Assembly: GCA_002269645.1 (NCBI GenBank)
Contig: NIVC01002117.1
Coordinates: 1 to 64,000 of the forward strand
DNA length: 64,000 nucleotides
Reading direction: 5' to 3'
DNA from: Macrostomum lignano
Taxonomy: Eukaryota
Each line of letters starts with the position of its first letter. Position 1 is the first letter of the stretch. The translations under genes were made by a program, and so were the position numbers. This document shows positions 62,401-64,000 of the stretch, piece by piece. The notes under the pieces were generated by a model. The model had not been told where the DNA came from, searched no databases, and saw nothing but the letters and a program-made list of their open reading frames with translations.

Positions 62401-63110
62401 CATGTAAACAATCATAGAAGCGTCATGTAAAAAATCATAGAAGCGTCATGTAAACAATCATAGAAGCGTCATGTAAAAAATCGTAGAGGCGTCATGTAAA
62501 CAATCATAGAAGCGTCATGTAAACAATCATAGAAGCGTCATGAAAACAATCATAGAAGCGTCATTTAAAAAATCATAGAAGCGTCATGTAAAAAATCTTA
62601 GAAGCGTCATGTAAACAATCATAGAAGCGTCATGTAAACAATCATAGAAGCGTCATGTAAAAAATCTTAGAAGCGTCATGTAAACAATCATAGAAGCGTC
62701 ATGTAAACAATCATAGAAGCGCCATGTAAAAAATCATAGAAGCGTCATGTAAACAATCATAGAAGCGTCATGTAAAAAATCATAGAAGCGTCATGTAAAC
62801 AATCATAGAAGCGTCATGTAAAAAATCGTAGAAGCGTCATGTAAACAATCATAGAAGCGTCATGTAAACAATCATAGAAGCGTCATGTAAAAAATCGTAG
62901 AGGCGTCATGTCAACAATCATAGAAGCGTCATGTAAACAATCATAGAAGCGTCATGTAAACAATCATAGAAGCGTCATGTAAAAAATCATAGAAGCGTCA
63001 TGTAAAAAATCATAGAAGCGTCATGTAAACAATCATAGAAGCGTCATGTAAACAATCATAGAAGCGTCATGTAAAAAATCATAGAAGCGTCATGTAAAAA
63101 TCATAGAAGC
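59445..63110. repeat. 23-bp satellite (AGAAGCGTCATGTAAACAATCAT)
   Basis: About 160 copies with patterned variants. Confidence 0.97.
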
Positions 63111-63239
63111 ATCAAGAAAAAATCATAGAAACCTCATTTAAAAACTAATGAAAGTGTCATTTAAAAAATTAAGAAGCGTCACGGTAGAATAAAAGAAACG
63201 TCATGTCAGACATGAAGGGTTCATGTAAAAATTAAATGC

Positions 63240-64000
63240 AACTATAATGCTGTGCTGGGGAGAAAAACTGAGACGTCAAGGCTCTCAGAGAATAACTGAG
63301 ATTACGGGGGGGGGGTTTCTGAGATGTCAAAGCAAAAGTCAGAAGCTACTTCAAAGTTCATGTACTTTACTCCATTTTTTTATTGCATTCTTTGTTGGCT
63401 CGTCACGGGGGGGGCGCTGATAGAAGAAAAGTCATGTAAAAAATAAAAGTAGCACTATGTATACATAAAAGAAAAGTCATGTCGAAGTTAAAAGATTCAT
63501 TTGGGAATTGCTACGATGTCAAAGCTTGGTGGAAATCGTTATAGTGCTGTGATTCTTAAAGAAAGAATCACTAAAATGTCAAGCCTTAGGGGAGAAGAAT
63601 TGCTGAGATTTCAAGGCTTTAGGTTGGGTTAAAGTTAGGTTTAGGTCAGGTGTGGGTTGAGGGTTATATTTTATCGGGTTTCAAGGTTAACAGGGGATTT
63701 TTTAGATTTCAAGGTTTATGGGGCCATTGCTGACATGTCAAGGCTTACGGGGGGAATAGCTGAGATGTCAAGGCTCACGGGGGTATAAATGAGATTTCAA
63801 GGCTAAAGTCAGAAGCTACATGTAGTTTATTGAAAACTTTTTATTACATTATTTGATGCCTCCTTAGGGGAGGAATCGCTGATAAAAAAGCGTAATGTAA
63901 AAAATAAAAGAAGCTTCATGTCGAAGTTAAGAGATTCATTTGGGAATCCCTACGATGTCGAGGCTTGCAAGGAATCGCTATAATGCTGTAGTAGTGCTAT
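63240..64000. repeat. Diverged ~470-bp tandem unit with internal GAGATGTCAAGGCT subrepeats
   Basis: AAAGTCAGAAGCTAC at 63335 and 63805; both units share CATGTCGAAGTTAA(A/G)AGATTCATTTGGGAAT downstream. Confidence 0.75.

Overview
Eukaryotic (metazoan) genomic DNA with GT-AG introns, very GC3-rich exons and AT-rich, repeat-filled introns and spacers. The minisatellite load, SINE/RTE-LINE content and gene style suggest a free-living flatworm such as Macrostomum (inference, not verified). Six genes were reconstructed by hand with phase-consistent splice junctions: the 3' part of a BTB-BACK-Kelch gene (+, 356-2688, five frameshifts), SCAI (-, 9 exons, 609 aa), an EF-hand protein with a long acidic N-terminal repeat (+), Tousled-like kinase (-, 3 exons, 812 aa), a DPY19L C-mannosyltransferase (-, 4 exons, 708 aa) and a PDE4/dunce cAMP phosphodiesterase (-, 8 exons, 688 aa). 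About 24 distinct tandem arrays generate most long ORFs in the supplied track, and these are not genes. Also present are two tRNA-derived SINE families (one CORE-like), an RTE-type LINE fragment, a DNA-transposase relic in a sharply CpG-depleted island and a probable Helitron 5' end. No rRNA, true tRNA or CRISPR array was found. Best leads: inverted copies of one minisatellite bracketing SCAI exon 3, the one-intron-one-minisatellite architecture, the CpG-void island, and PDE4 regulatory features (Cys-cluster N-terminus, intronic CRE with a candidate short-form exon).
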